From sequence record MF327007: 64,000 nucleotides of DNA, one strand, 5' to 3'. How positions within the stretch are numbered: position 1 is the first letter of the stretch; the number at the start of each line of letters is the position of its first letter. Origin of the DNA: Shigella phage Sf21. Both the position numbers and the translations under genes were made by a program. This document shows, piece by piece, positions 7,668 through 18,899 of this stretch. The notes under the pieces are model-generated. The model did not search any database, had not been told where the DNA came from, and saw nothing but the letters and a program-made list of their open reading frames with translations.

Positions 7668-8392
7668 TATAGTACCTTTAGTGTATTTTTAATTTTAGAA
7701 AAAAGTTCTTCAAGAGAACCATCGTTTGTAATTACTAAATCGCCATCACGAATTGGCAATCCAGCTTCTGTAATATGTGTATCATTGGATTTTTGACCAG
7801 GACGAACTACATGAATTACTGTAGCACCCATCGCCCTAGCCGCATCCATTTCATGATCTTGACGGGTATCAGGAACGATATAATAATCATAACCTGAGTT
7901 AAATTTATCAAGATAATCTAAAGCAAATAATTTTACCCAGTACATGCGGTCGAAGTTATTAACAATCAAATCCGTACCTAGGGCTTGCATCAGACGACGG
8001 ACTGACCATTGATCTTCAATATTATTTATAACGTCAGTAATTTTGTTAAATGCTACGAAATTAACTGATTCTTTTCCTTCGTCATCAAAAACAAACACAC
8101 CCTTAATTGGGCTTTTACCATTAAGATAGCAAAATGCTTGTTCCATAATCGTGATTACTTCTAATTTAGTCAGATTTAAATTAGTCTCACGATCATAGTC
8201 AATTCCTTCAAACTCTTTACGAGTTAAGCAAGGATAGTCGGTGTTTGCTGCAAATACTCCCCATGCATAAGCCAATGCATCCTTAATAGGACCAGCAAGT
8301 TGGTATTTAACTGCAGAATAATTGCTCATGATAAAATCAGCAGTAGTATCTTTTCCACTACGCTTTACACCGCTTAAAAAGATTAGTTTCAT
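7667..8392 (-). CDS. 1: deoxynucleoside monophosphate kinase (gene 1)
   Basis: 241 aa from ATG at 8390-8392 (SD GAGGAG); P-loop GVKRSGKDT. Confidence 0.85.
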
Positions 8393-8441
8393 GTGTTTCT
8401 CCTCAAATTTAATTAAGATTATAACACACAAAACTGAAGCA

Positions 8442-8972
8442 TTAAACTTCTGCTATAATTTTACCATCTTTTTCTACTTGAAAATAGGTGTAAGGAATCG
8501 TTGCTGTACATACTAAAGCCGGGTCTGAATCTTCCGTGTAGCTAAATTCTACTTCAGATAGGTCAGAAACCCAAGGCTTATAAAAATTTATTGACATCAC
8601 GATTTCAGTTTTACTATTATCTAAAATGTAAAGCGTAATGTATTCAGGACCTGTTTTTTGGGCAGTATTTTCGCCTGTAAGATAGTTACTAGTTCCTAGC
8701 ATCCATTCATACATTCCTATCCACGACTTAAGCTCTTCGTCAACTATAAATCTCACGATGAGTGGATCGTACTCAAATGTAACACCTGGACGTTGTGCTC
8801 GACCAAGTCCAAACGGCCCAGTCACGGTATCAGTAACAGGTATTCTAATTCCTGGAATAGGAACTGACTGAGCATTTAAAGTAAAAGCAGATGTAGTATT
8901 ACTATGTGGTATTGATACTACAAAGTTAGTTGTATTTGCTTGGTTAAAAATTTGTTGCAGAGCTTGCGACAT
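8442..8972 (-). CDS. 3: tail completion / sheath stabiliser protein gp3
   Basis: 176 aa from ATG at 8970-8972 (SD GAGGAA), T4 gp3 size; synteny. Confidence 0.8.
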   Translation of the reverse strand: MSQALQQIFNQANTTNFVVSIPHSNTTSAFTLNAQSVPIPGIRIPVTDTVTGPFGLGRAQRPGVTFEYDPLIVRFIVDEELKSWIGMYEWMLGTSNYLTGENTAQKTGPEYITLYILDNSKTEIVMSINFYKPWVSDLSEVEFSYTEDSDPALVCTATIPYTYFQVEKDGKIIAEV

Positions 8973-9078
8973 ATATTCCTCATAATGCTTTATAACTGTT
9001 GGTGGTATAATGGGTCTAAGTCCCTTCCATTCAATTCCATTTAGAACAAACAACAGAAAAGAATGGAAGATAATAGAA

Positions 9079-9903
9079 TTAAATATTTGACCAGACTTTG
9101 TTTGCAGAGAAACGTTTTCCTTTTGAAACGAACTGCTGAAGTGGCATCAATACAACGTTCGCCCAGTCTTTCGGGGCGATTTCAACAAGGCTACCCATAA
9201 TATTACCAGGTATATATGCCTTAATCATTTGGTCTGCACCCCTAAATCCTTTCACTTGACTCCAATCAATTTTTAATTTCGTTTTATTAGTAATAGTAGG
9301 TGTATTTGAATATTGCTTTAAAAGCTCTTCTAGGAATTGCTGGCGAGCTTTAGGTGGAATATAGTGCAAGTTCAATCCGTACATTAAATTATGCTTACCT
9401 AAACCAAGGTAAATTATCAAAGGAAATTTATCCCAGTAAGGAAGAGTTTCCTTGTGTTTAGCATCATAAGCAAAAGCATATATTCGTCCCGGCTGCGGGC
9501 GAACAACTTTATGTCCTTTTACTTGCTTAATAGTTTCAGCAAACCACTTTCTGGTTTTATTATTAATTGCTGCGCCTTCATTACGAATTTTATCGCGCAA
9601 TGTTTGTCTGAATGAATTTATCATAAGCAGTTGTCTTTCTTGCTTATTGAGTTTATTCATTGGTTTTGATTCAAGCTTTTGAATCTTTTCAGCTGTTTTA
9701 ATTCCTGAAGCATATTTTGACATTGCCGAAGTAAACGTAGAGTATTTGATTCCTCTTTCTTCAGCAAATTGCTTTCCTGTCATTCCTTTTGCTTTGGCCT
9801 TTCTGTATTCAAGACCTATCTGAATCCATTTCTTTTCGTTTAATGATTGCTTAACCTTTGGAACTTGGGGAGTGCTTTCATTAATTATTTGAAAAATAGC
9901 CAT
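9079..9903 (-). CDS. 2: DNA end protector protein gp2
   Basis: 274 aa, same as T4 gp2; basic protein; synteny. Confidence 0.85.
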   Translation of the reverse strand: MAIFQIINESTPQVPKVKQSLNEKKWIQIGLEYRKAKAKGMTGKQFAEERGIKYSTFTSAMSKYASGIKTAEKIQKLESKPMNKLNKQERQLLMINSFRQTLRDKIRNEGAAINNKTRKWFAETIKQVKGHKVVRPQPGRIYAFAYDAKHKETLPYWDKFPLIIYLGLGKHNLMYGLNLHYIPPKARQQFLEELLKQYSNTPTITNKTKLKIDWSQVKGFRGADQMIKAYIPGNIMGSLVEIAPKDWANVVLMPLQQFVSKGKRFSANKVWSNI

Positions 9904-10355
9904 TATGCCCCCTTAAAGCCAAGAGCTCGTAATCCATCTTCTGTTAGAATTCTAAATTTTATTCCACGCTTTTCAGCTAAAGATTGTGCTGCTTTCCATT
10001 TGTCGGTATTAACAGAATATGTATAAATTTCATTCATAAATCTTTTCTTCGCTGCGGTTGTTAGATGTGCTGGTTTAACTGGTGGTTGTGTTTCTTTTTT
10101 AGGTTTTATTTCAATAAAAAATTCTTGTCCAGAAGAATCTTTCATCCAAATATCCATGAAGTATCTACGTTTTTTCCCTTCTGCATTACAAAAATAAGGA
10201 ATTACTGCTGTTTCACTACCCCATGCAATAATTTCTGGATTTTTATCTAACCATTCAAAAAAGAATTTTTCCCAATTTGATCTATACGTAATTTTTTTAG
10301 GGTCACCTCTATACTTTGATATATTTTTAGGAACCCATTTTCCAGAATATGCCAT
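9903..10355 (-). CDS. 4: head completion protein gp4
   Basis: 150 aa, same as T4 gp4; late promoter TATAAATA (minus) at 10382-10389. Confidence 0.85.
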   Translation of the reverse strand: MAYSGKWVPKNISKYRGDPKKITYRSNWEKFFFEWLDKNPEIIAWGSETAVIPYFCNAEGKKRRYFMDIWMKDSSGQEFFIEIKPKKETQPPVKPAHLTTAAKKRFMNEIYTYSVNTDKWKAAQSLAEKRGIKFRILTEDGLRALGFKGA

Positions 10356-10366
10356 TGGATTCTCCT

Positions 10367-10374
10367 TATAAATA
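10367..10374 (+). promoter_or_regulatory. T4 late promoter core TATAAATA (gene 53)
   Basis: exact TATAAATA 29 nt upstream of gene 53 ATG. Confidence 0.7.
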
Positions 10375-10381
10375 GATAATA

Positions 10382-10389
10382 TATTTATA
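10382..10389 (-). promoter_or_regulatory. T4 late promoter core TATAAATA (gene 4)
   Basis: exact TATAAATA on minus strand 27 nt upstream of gene 4 ATG; divergent with gene 53 promoter. Confidence 0.7.
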
Positions 10390-10402
10390 AACAGGAGGGC
10401 CC

Positions 10403-11279
10403 ATGCTCTTTACATTTTTTGATCCGATTGAATATGCGGCCAAAACGGTGAATAAAAACGCGCCGACTATTCCTATGACAGATATTTTTAGAAACTATAA
10501 AGACTATTTTAAACGCGCTCTTGCGGGATACCGCTTACGTACTTATTATATCAAAGGTTCACCACGCCCGGAAGAATTAGCAAATACTATATATGGAAAT
10601 CCGCAGTTGTATTGGGTTTTATTGATGTGTAATGATAATTATGATCCGTATTATGGATGGATTACTTCGCAAGAAGCTGCTTATCAAGCATCTATACAAA
10701 AATACAAAAACGTAGGTGGAGACCAAATAGTATATCATGTGAATGAGAACGGTGAAAAATTTTATAATTTAATATCATACGATGATAATCCATATGTTTG
10801 GTATGACAAAGGCGATAAAGCTAGAAAATATCTATATCAAAGGTTCACCACGCCCGGAAGAATTAGCAAATACTATATATGGAAATCCGCAGTTGTATTG
10901 GGTTTTATTGATGTGTAATGATAATTATGATCCGTATTATGGATGGATTACTTCGCAAGAAGCTGCTTATCAAGCATCTATACAAAAATACAAAAACGTA
11001 GGTGGAGACCAAATAGTATATCATGTGAATGAGAACGGTGAAAAATTTTATAATTTAATATCATACGATGATAATCCATATGTTTGGTATGACAAAGGCG
11101 ATAAAGCTAGAAAATATCCTCAATATGAAGGAGCACTTGCTGCGGTCGATACGTATGAAGCTGCTGTTCTTGAAAATGAAAAACTTCGTCAAATAAAAAT
11201 AATAGCAAAATCAGACATCAATTCATTTATGAACGACCTTATACGTATAATGGAGAAATCTTATGGAAATGATAAGTAA
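10403..11279 (+). pseudogene. 53: baseplate wedge protein gp53, frame disrupted by internal 286-bp tandem duplication (fragments 10403..10918 and 10782..11279)
   Basis: Two overlapping ORFs share an identical ~95-aa block in different frames; removing one repeat copy gives a single 196-aa ORF, the T4 gp53 length. Confidence 0.8.
10547..11118. repeat. perfect tandem direct repeat, 2 x 286 bp
   Basis: 10547-10832 is identical base-for-base to 10833-11118; unit length not a multiple of 3. Confidence 0.9.
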
Positions 11280-12990
11280 TAACCTTAATTGGTTTGTTGG
11301 TGTTGTTGAAGATAGAATGGACCCATTAAAATTAGGTCGTGTTCGTGTTCGTGTAGTTGGTCTGCATCCACCTCAAAGAGCACAAGGCGATGTAATGGGT
11401 ATTCCAACTGAAAAATTACCATGGATGTCAGTTATTCAACCTATAACTTCTGCAGCAATGTCTGGAATTGGAGGTTCTGTTACTGGACCGGTAGAAGGAA
11501 CTAGAGTTTATGGTCATTTTTTAGACAAATGGAAAACTAATGGAATTGTCCTTGGCACGTATGGTGGAATAGTTCGCGAAAAACCGAATAGACTTGAAGG
11601 ATTTTCTGACCCAACTGGGCAATATCCTAGACGTTTAGGAAATGATACTAATGTATTAAACCAAGGCGGAGAAGTAGGATATGATTCGTCTTCTAACATT
11701 ATCCAAGATAGTAACTTAGACACTGCAATAAATCCCGATGATAGACCACTATCAGAGATTCCAACCGATGATAATCCAAATATGTCAATGGCTGACATGC
11801 TTCGCCGTGATGAAGGATTAAGACTAAAAGTTTATTGGGATACTGAAGGATATCCGACAATTGGTATTGGTCATCTTATCATGAAGCAGCCAGTTCGTGA
11901 TATGGCTCAAATTAATAAAGTTTTATCAAAACAAGTTGGTCGTGAAATTACTGGAAACCCAGGTTCTATTACGATGGAAGAGGCGACGACTTTATTTGAA
12001 CGTGATTTGGCTGATATGCAACGGGACATTAAATCACATTCTAAAGTAGGACCAGTCTGGCAAGCTGTCAACCGTTCTCGTCAAATGGCGTTAGAAAATA
12101 TGGCATTTCAAATGGGTGTTGGCGGTGTAGCTAAATTTAACACAATGTTAACTGCTATGTTAGCCGGAGATTGGGAAAAAGCATATAAAGCCGGTCGTGA
12201 TTCATTGTGGTATCAACAAACAAAAGGCCGTGCATCCCGTGTTACCATGATTATTCTTACGGGGAATTTGGAATCATATGGTGTTGAAGTGAAAACCCCA
12301 GCTAGGTCTCTATCAGCAATGGCTGCTACTGTAGCTAAATCTTCTGACCCGGCTGACCCTCCTATTCCAAATGACTCGAGAATTTTATTCAAAGAACCAG
12401 TTTCTTCATATAAAGGTGAATATCCTTATGTGCATACAATGGAAACTGAAAGCGGACATATTCAGGAATTTGATGATACTCCTGGGCAAGAACGATACAG
12501 ATTAGTTCATCCGACTGGAACTTATGAAGAAGTATCACCGTCAGGAAGAAGAACAAGAAAAACTGTCGATAATTTGTATGATATAACCAACGCTGATGGT
12601 AATTTTTTGGTAGCCGGTGATAAAAAGACTAACGTCGGTGGATCAGAAATTTATTACAACATGGATAATCGTCTTCACCAAATAGATGGAAGCAATACAA
12701 TATTTGTACGTGGCGATGAAACTAAGACAGTTGAAGGCAATGGAACTATCCTAGTTAAAGGTAATGTTACTATTGTAGTTGAAGGTAATGCTGACATTAC
12801 AGTTAAAGGAGATGCTACCACTTTAGTTGAAGGAAATCAAACTAACACAGTAAATGGAAATCTTTCTTGGAAAGTTGCTGGGACAGTTGATTGGGACGTT
12901 GGTGGTGATTGGACAGAAAAAATGGCATCTATGAGTTCTATTTCATCTGGTCAATACACAATTGATGGATCGAGGATTGACATTGGCTAA
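11263..12990 (+). CDS. 5: baseplate central spike gp5 (hub, tail lysozyme and beta-helix needle)
   Basis: 575 aa as T4 gp5; lysozyme segment DTEGYPTIGIGHL; C-terminal VxGxxxxx beta-helix repeats. Confidence 0.95.
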   Translation: MEMISNNLNWFVGVVEDRMDPLKLGRVRVRVVGLHPPQRAQGDVMGIPTEKLPWMSVIQPITSAAMSGIGGSVTGPVEGTRVYGHFLDKWKTNGIVLGTYGGIVREKPNRLEGFSDPTGQYPRRLGNDTNVLNQGGEVGYDSSSNIIQDSNLDTAINPDDRPLSEIPTDDNPNMSMADMLRRDEGLRLKVYWDTEGYPTIGIGHLIMKQPVRDMAQINKVLSKQVGREITGNPGSITMEEATTLFERDLADMQRDIKSHSKVGPVWQAVNRSRQMALENMAFQMGVGGVAKFNTMLTAMLAGDWEKAYKAGRDSLWYQQTKGRASRVTMIILTGNLESYGVEVKTPARSLSAMAATVAKSSDPADPPIPNDSRILFKEPVSSYKGEYPYVHTMETESGHIQEFDDTPGQERYRLVHPTGTYEEVSPSGRRTRKTVDNLYDITNADGNFLVAGDKKTNVGGSEIYYNMDNRLHQIDGSNTIFVRGDETKTVEGNGTILVKGNVTIVVEGNADITVKGDATTLVEGNQTNTVNGNLSWKVAGTVDWDVGGDWTEKMASMSSISSGQYTIDGSRIDIG

Positions 12991-13024
12991 TATACTTCCA
13001 ATGAGCGCTGATTTAGGAGAATCC

Positions 13025-13519
13025 ATGGAAGGTTCTTCTATCGACGTCACCTTTACCGCTCAATTAGAAACAGGTGAAACGTTAGTATCTATAAATATAA
13101 CTAGTTACGAAGAAACTCCTGGGGTTTTAGTAGAAGAAAATCGCTTATATGGAACATATGAATCTGTGTTTGGATTTGGAAATGACGCGTTGAAATATCG
13201 TTTAGGCGATGAATTTAAAACTGCTGCTTCATGGGAAGAACTTCCTACTGATTCTGATACTCAGTTGTATTTGTGGAAAGCTCCTCAAAATCTCCAGAAG
13301 ACATTCACTTACGAAGTAACATTAATATATGACTACCAAGAACAAAGTGAATCTGGAGGTTCTGGCAGTAATTCTAGGTCATCTTCTGATACTACTGAAC
13401 CGACTGATCCTCCTGCTCCAGTAAGAAAAACTCTCGTTAAAAATTATACTAAAACTATAGTTGGAAATTGGAGTCGTTGGGCTAATAAATTGAGAAGCTA
13501 TGTGTATGAGAGGTCATAG
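13025..13519 (+). CDS. gene 5.1-position protein (hypothetical)
   Basis: ATG at 13025 with GGAGAATCC SD; ORF-track start at 12962 lies inside gene 5. Confidence 0.6.
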
Positions 13520-13813
13520 ATGTCAGGATTAAGTTATGATAAATGTGTTACTGCTGGTCATGAAGCGTGGCCTCCAACAGTTGTGAATGCTACACAAAGT
13601 AAAGTATTCACTGGAGGAATTGCTGTTCTCGTAGCAGGCGATCCAATTACAGAACATACAGAAATTAAAAAGCCATATGAAACACATGGCGGAGTGACAC
13701 AACCTAGAACTTCTAAGGTATATGTCACTGGAAAGAAAGCTGTTCAAATGGCTGATCCAATATCATGCGGTGATACTGTGGCTCAGGCATCATCTAAAGT
13801 ATTCATTAAATAG
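13520..13813 (+). CDS. 5.4: PAAR-repeat spike tip protein gp5.4
   Basis: 97 aa as T4 gp5.4; position between 5 and 6. Confidence 0.8.
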
Positions 13814-13821
13814 GATTTAAA

Positions 13822-15804
13822 ATGGCAAATACCCCTGTAAATTATCAATTAACAAGAACAGCAAATGCTATTCCCGAGATATTCGTCGGGGGTACATTTG
13901 CTGAAATAAAACAAAACCTCATTGAATGGCTTAATGGCCAAAATGAATTTTTGGATTATGATTTTGAAGGCTCAAGATTAAACGTTCTGTGCGACCTTTT
14001 GGCTTATAATACGCTGTACATTCAACAGTTTGGTAATGCTGCTGTGTATGAAAGCTTTATGCGTACTGCTAACTTACGAAGTTCAGTTGTTCAAGCTGCA
14101 CAAGATAACGGATATTTACCTACTTCAAAATCCGCTGCGCAGACCGAAATTATGTTAACATGCACCGACGCATTGAATAGGAATTACATTACTATTCCTC
14201 GCGGAACTCGCTTTTTAGCATATGCAAAAGATACTTCTGTTAATCCATATAACTTCGTTTCTACCGAAGACGTTATTGCTATTCGTGATAAAAATAACCA
14301 ATATTTTCCGCGTTTAAAATTGGCCCAGGGACGTATAGTAAGAACTGAAATCATTTATGATAAATTAACACCTATTATCATTTATGATAAAAATATTGAT
14401 AGAAACCAGGTTAAATTATACGTTGATGGAGCAGAATGGATTAACTGGACAAGAAAGTCAATGGTTCATGCTGGTTCTACATCGACAATTTACTACATGC
14501 GTGAAACTATTGATGGAAATACTGAATTCTATTTTGGTGAAGGTGAAATTTCTGTTAATGCTTCTGAAGGAGCTTTGACCGCTAATTATATCGGAGGTCT
14601 TAAACCTACTCAGAACTCTACGATTGTTATTGAGTACATCAGTACTAATGGTGCTGACGCGAACGGAGCAGTCGGATTTTCATACGCAGATACATTAACA
14701 AATATAACTGTCATCAATATTAATGAAAATCCAAACGATGACCCAGATTTTGTTGGGGCAGATGGCGGCGGTGATCCAGAAGATATTGAGCGTATCCGCG
14801 AATTGGGTACTATTAAACGCGAAACCCAGCAACGCTGCGTAACTGCGACTGACTATGATACATTCGTTTCAGAGAGATTTGGTTCTATTATTCAAGCAGT
14901 TCAGACTTTCACTGATTCTACTAAACCTGGTTATGCATTTATTGCTGCTAAACCTAAATCAGGTCTGTATTTAACTACTGTACAGCGTGAAGATATTAAA
15001 AATTATCTCAAAGACTATAATTTAGCTCCTATTACGCCATCAATTATTTCTCCTAATTATCTTTTTATTAAGACTAATTTAAAAGTCACATATGCTTTAA
15101 ATAAGCTGCAAGAATCCGAACAGTGGCTCGAAGGTCAAATAATTGATAAAATTGATCGTTATTATACCGAAGACGTAGAAATTTTTAATTCATCTTTCGC
15201 TAAATCTAAGATGTTGACATATGTAGATGATGCAGATCATTCTATCATTGGCTCATCAGCGACAATTCAAATTGTTCGTGAAGTACAAAACTTCTATAAA
15301 ACGCCTGAAGCAGGTATTAAATACAATAATCAAATAAAAGATCGTTCTATGGAATCTAATACGTTTTCATTTAATTCTGGACGAAAGGTTGTAAATCCTG
15401 ATACTGGTTTAGAAGAAGATGTATTATATGACGTTCGCATAGTATCAACAGACCGAGATTCTAAAGGAATTGGTAAAGTTATTATTGGTCCATTTGCTTC
15501 TGGCGATGTTACAGAAAATGAAAACATTCAGCCATATACAGGCAACGATTTTAACAAATTAGCAAATTCTGATGGACGCGACAAATACTATGTTATCGGT
15601 GAAATAAATTATCCAGCTGATGTGATTTATTGGAATATCGCTAAAATTAATTTAACATCTGAAAAATTTGAAGTTCAGACCATCGAATTATATTCTGACC
15701 CAACCGATGATGTTATCTTTACTCGCGACGGTTCACTGATTGTATTTGAAAATGACTTACGTCCACAATACTTAACTATCGATTTGGAGCCTATATCACA
15801 ATGA
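13822..15804 (+). CDS. 6: baseplate wedge protein gp6
   Basis: 660 aa, T4 gp6 length; synteny. Confidence 0.95.
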   Translation: MANTPVNYQLTRTANAIPEIFVGGTFAEIKQNLIEWLNGQNEFLDYDFEGSRLNVLCDLLAYNTLYIQQFGNAAVYESFMRTANLRSSVVQAAQDNGYLPTSKSAAQTEIMLTCTDALNRNYITIPRGTRFLAYAKDTSVNPYNFVSTEDVIAIRDKNNQYFPRLKLAQGRIVRTEIIYDKLTPIIIYDKNIDRNQVKLYVDGAEWINWTRKSMVHAGSTSTIYYMRETIDGNTEFYFGEGEISVNASEGALTANYIGGLKPTQNSTIVIEYISTNGADANGAVGFSYADTLTNITVININENPNDDPDFVGADGGGDPEDIERIRELGTIKRETQQRCVTATDYDTFVSERFGSIIQAVQTFTDSTKPGYAFIAAKPKSGLYLTTVQREDIKNYLKDYNLAPITPSIISPNYLFIKTNLKVTYALNKLQESEQWLEGQIIDKIDRYYTEDVEIFNSSFAKSKMLTYVDDADHSIIGSSATIQIVREVQNFYKTPEAGIKYNNQIKDRSMESNTFSFNSGRKVVNPDTGLEEDVLYDVRIVSTDRDSKGIGKVIIGPFASGDVTENENIQPYTGNDFNKLANSDGRDKYYVIGEINYPADVIYWNIAKINLTSEKFEVQTIELYSDPTDDVIFTRDGSLIVFENDLRPQYLTIDLEPISQ

Positions 15805-18800
15805 CAGTAAAAGCACCTTCAGTCACTAGTCTCAGAATTTCCAAGTTATCCGCAAATCAGGTGCAAGTACGCTGGGATGACGTTGGTGCTAATTTCTACT
15901 ATTTTGTAGAAATCGCTGAGACAAAGACAGACTCGGGGGAAAATCTCCCGAGTAATCAATATAGATGGATTAACTTAGGATATACTGCAAATAACAGCTT
16001 CTTTTTTGACGATGCTGACCCATTGACATCATACATTATTAGAGTAGCTACAGCTGCACAAGATTTTGAGCAGTCTGATTGGATTTATACCGAAGAGTTT
16101 GAAACTTTTGCTACAAATGCTTATACATTTCAAAACATGATTGAAATGCAATTAGCCAATAAATTCATTCAGGAAAAATTTACTCTTAATAATTCTGATT
16201 ATGTTAATTTTAACAATGACACTATAATGGCTGCATTGATGAATGAATCATTTCAATTCAGCCCATCGTATGTTGATGTTTCATCAATAAGTAATTTTAT
16301 TATTGGTGAAAATGAGTATCATGAAATACAAGGTTCTATTCAGCAAGTATGTAAGGATATTAACCGAGTTTATTTGATGGAATCAGAAGGAATTCTATAT
16401 CTTTTTGAGCGCTATCAACCTGTAGTTAAAGTATCCAATGATAAAGGACAAACCTGGAAAGCCGTAAAGCTCTTCAATGACCGTGTAGGATATCCTTTAT
16501 CTAAGACAGTATATTACCAATCTGCGAACACAACATACGTTCTAGGATACGACAAGATTTTCTATGGCCGTAAATCGACTGACGTTAGATGGTCAGCAGA
16601 TGATGTCAGATTCAGTTCGCAGGATATAACATTTGCTAAACTTGGCGACCAGTTACATTTAGGATTTGATGTAGAAATCTTTGGTACTTATGCGACTTTA
16701 CCAGCGAATGTATATCGTATAGCTGAAGCCATTACTTGTACGGATGATTATATCTATGTTGTTGCCAGAGATAAAGTTAGATATATAAAAACGAGCAATG
16801 CACCTATAGATTCTGATCCATTATCTCCAACATATTCGGAAAGGCTATTTGAACCTGATACAATGACTATAACTGGAAATCCTAAAGCAGTATGCTATAA
16901 AATGGATTCTATTGGTGATAAAGTTTTTGCTCTTATTATCGGTGAAGTTGAAACATTAAATGCTAATCCTAGAACGTCAAAAATAATTGATTCTACTGAT
17001 AAAGGAATATATGTTTTAAATCATGACACAAAAACGTGGAAAAGAGTTTTTGGCAACACTGAAGAAGAAAGAAGACGTATTCAACCTGGGTATGCGAATA
17101 TGTCAACTGATGGTAAATTAGTTTCTCTATCTTCGAGTAATTTTAAATTTTTAAATGATAACGTTGTTAATGACCCTGAAACTGTAGCAAAATATCAGTT
17201 AATCGGTGCCGTTAAATATGAATTTCCTCGTGAATGGTTAGCTGATAAGCATTATCATATGATGGCATTTATAGCAGATGAAAAGTCTGATTGGGAAACT
17301 TTTACGCCTCAGCCAATGAAATACTATGCAGAACCATTCTTTAACTGGTCTAAAAAGTCTAATACACGGTGCTGGATAAACAACTCTAATAGAGCTGTAG
17401 TAGTTTATGCTGATTTAAAATACACTAAAGTTATAGAAAATATTCCGGAAACATCACCAGATAGATTAGTTCATGAATACTGGGATGATGGTGATTGTAC
17501 GATAGTAATGCCAAATGTTAAATTCACGGGATTTAAAAAATATGCGTCTGGGATGCTTTTTTATAAATCTTCTGGTGAAATAATTTCTTATTATGATTTT
17601 AACTATCGTGTGAGAGATACAGTAGAAATTATTTGGAAGCCGACTGGAGTATTTTTAAAAGCATTTTTACAAAACCAAGAGCATGAGACTCCTTGGTCAC
17701 CAGAAGAAGAGCATGGATTAGCTGACCCTGATTTAAGACCATTAATTGGCACAATGATGCCTGATTCTTATTTGTTGCAGGATTCGAATTTTGAGGCATT
17801 TTGCGAAGCATATATTCAGTATCTTTCTGATGGATATGGAACTCAGTATAACAATTTACGAAATTTAATTCGTAATCAGTATCCACGAGAAGAGCATGCA
17901 TGGGAATATTTGTGGTCAGAGATATATAAAAGAAACATTTATTTGAACGCGGATAAGCGAGATGCTGTTGCAAGATTTTTTGAATCACGTAGCTATGATT
18001 TTTATTCTACTAAAGGAATTGAAGCATCATACAAGTTTCTTTTTAAAGTTCTTTATAATGAAGAAGTTGAAATTGAAATTGAATCTGGGGCTGGTACTGA
18101 ATATGACATAATCGTTCAATCTGATTCTTTGACTGAAGATTTAGTAGGACAAACGATTTATACAGCCACAGGAAGATGTAATGTTACTTATATAGAAAGA
18201 AGTTATTCTAATGGTAAATTGCAATGGACCGTAACTATTCATAATCTTTTGGGAAGATTAATTGCTGGTCAAGAAGTTAAAGCAGAAAGACTCCCTAGTT
18301 TTGAAGGCGAAATTATTCGTGGAGTTAAAGGAAAGGATTTGCTTCAAAACAATATAGACTATATTAATAGAAGTAGATCATACTATGTAATGAAAATTAA
18401 ATCCAATTTACCTTCTTCCCGCTGGAAATCTGACGTTATTCGTTTTGTTCATCCAGTAGGATTTGGATTTATAGCAATTACCCTTTTAACGATGTTTATT
18501 AATGTTGGTTTAACTCTTAAACATACAGAGACTATAATTAATAAATACAAAAACTATAAATGGGATTCTGGATTGCCTACTGAATATGCTGATAGAGTAG
18601 CTAAATTAACTCCAACTGGTGAAATTGAACATGATTCAGTAACAGGAGAAGCAATTTATGAACCTGGCCCAATGGCTGGTGTAAAATATCCTCTTCCTAA
18701 TGACTATAATGCTGAAAATAATAATTCAATATTTCAAGGTCAATTGCCTTCTGAACGACGCAAGTTAATGAGTCCCCTATTTGATGCTTCTGGAACAACA

Positions 18801-18899
18801 TTTGCGCAATTTAGGGATTTAGTTAATAAACGTCTAAAAGATAATATAGGAAATCCAAGAGACCCTGAAAATCCAACACAGGTTAAAATAGATGAATGA
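15801..18899 (+). CDS. 7: baseplate wedge protein gp7
   Basis: 1032 aa, T4 gp7 length; synteny. Confidence 0.95.
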   Translation: MTVKAPSVTSLRISKLSANQVQVRWDDVGANFYYFVEIAETKTDSGENLPSNQYRWINLGYTANNSFFFDDADPLTSYIIRVATAAQDFEQSDWIYTEEFETFATNAYTFQNMIEMQLANKFIQEKFTLNNSDYVNFNNDTIMAALMNESFQFSPSYVDVSSISNFIIGENEYHEIQGSIQQVCKDINRVYLMESEGILYLFERYQPVVKVSNDKGQTWKAVKLFNDRVGYPLSKTVYYQSANTTYVLGYDKIFYGRKSTDVRWSADDVRFSSQDITFAKLGDQLHLGFDVEIFGTYATLPANVYRIAEAITCTDDYIYVVARDKVRYIKTSNAPIDSDPLSPTYSERLFEPDTMTITGNPKAVCYKMDSIGDKVFALIIGEVETLNANPRTSKIIDSTDKGIYVLNHDTKTWKRVFGNTEEERRRIQPGYANMSTDGKLVSLSSSNFKFLNDNVVNDPETVAKYQLIGAVKYEFPREWLADKHYHMMAFIADEKSDWETFTPQPMKYYAEPFFNWSKKSNTRCWINNSNRAVVVYADLKYTKVIENIPETSPDRLVHEYWDDGDCTIVMPNVKFTGFKKYASGMLFYKSSGEIISYYDFNYRVRDTVEIIWKPTGVFLKAFLQNQEHETPWSPEEEHGLADPDLRPLIGTMMPDSYLLQDSNFEAFCEAYIQYLSDGYGTQYNNLRNLIRNQYPREEHAWEYLWSEIYKRNIYLNADKRDAVARFFESRSYDFYSTKGIEASYKFLFKVLYNEEVEIEIESGAGTEYDIIVQSDSLTEDLVGQTIYTATGRCNVTYIERSYSNGKLQWTVTIHNLLGRLIAGQEVKAERLPSFEGEIIRGVKGKDLLQNNIDYINRSRSYYVMKIKSNLPSSRWKSDVIRFVHPVGFGFIAITLLTMFINVGLTLKHTETIINKYKNYKWDSGLPTEYADRVAKLTPTGEIEHDSVTGEAIYEPGPMAGVKYPLPNDYNAENNNSIFQGQLPSERRKLMSPLFDASGTTFAQFRDLVNKRLKDNIGNPRDPENPTQVKIDE

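Noticed and set aside
10782-11279. 165-aa ORF that looks like an independent gene before gene 5
   Set aside because: It is the displaced C-terminal part of gene 53 created by the 286-bp tandem duplication; its N-terminal residues come from the preceding out-of-frame region.
11514-11798. 94-aa minus-strand ORF
   Set aside because: Antisense inside gene 5 lysozyme region.
12725-12960. short periodic repeats that could be mistaken for a CRISPR-like or tandem-repeat array
   Set aside because: They encode the VxGxxxxx beta-helix needle of gp5; coding periodicity, not a repeat-spacer array.
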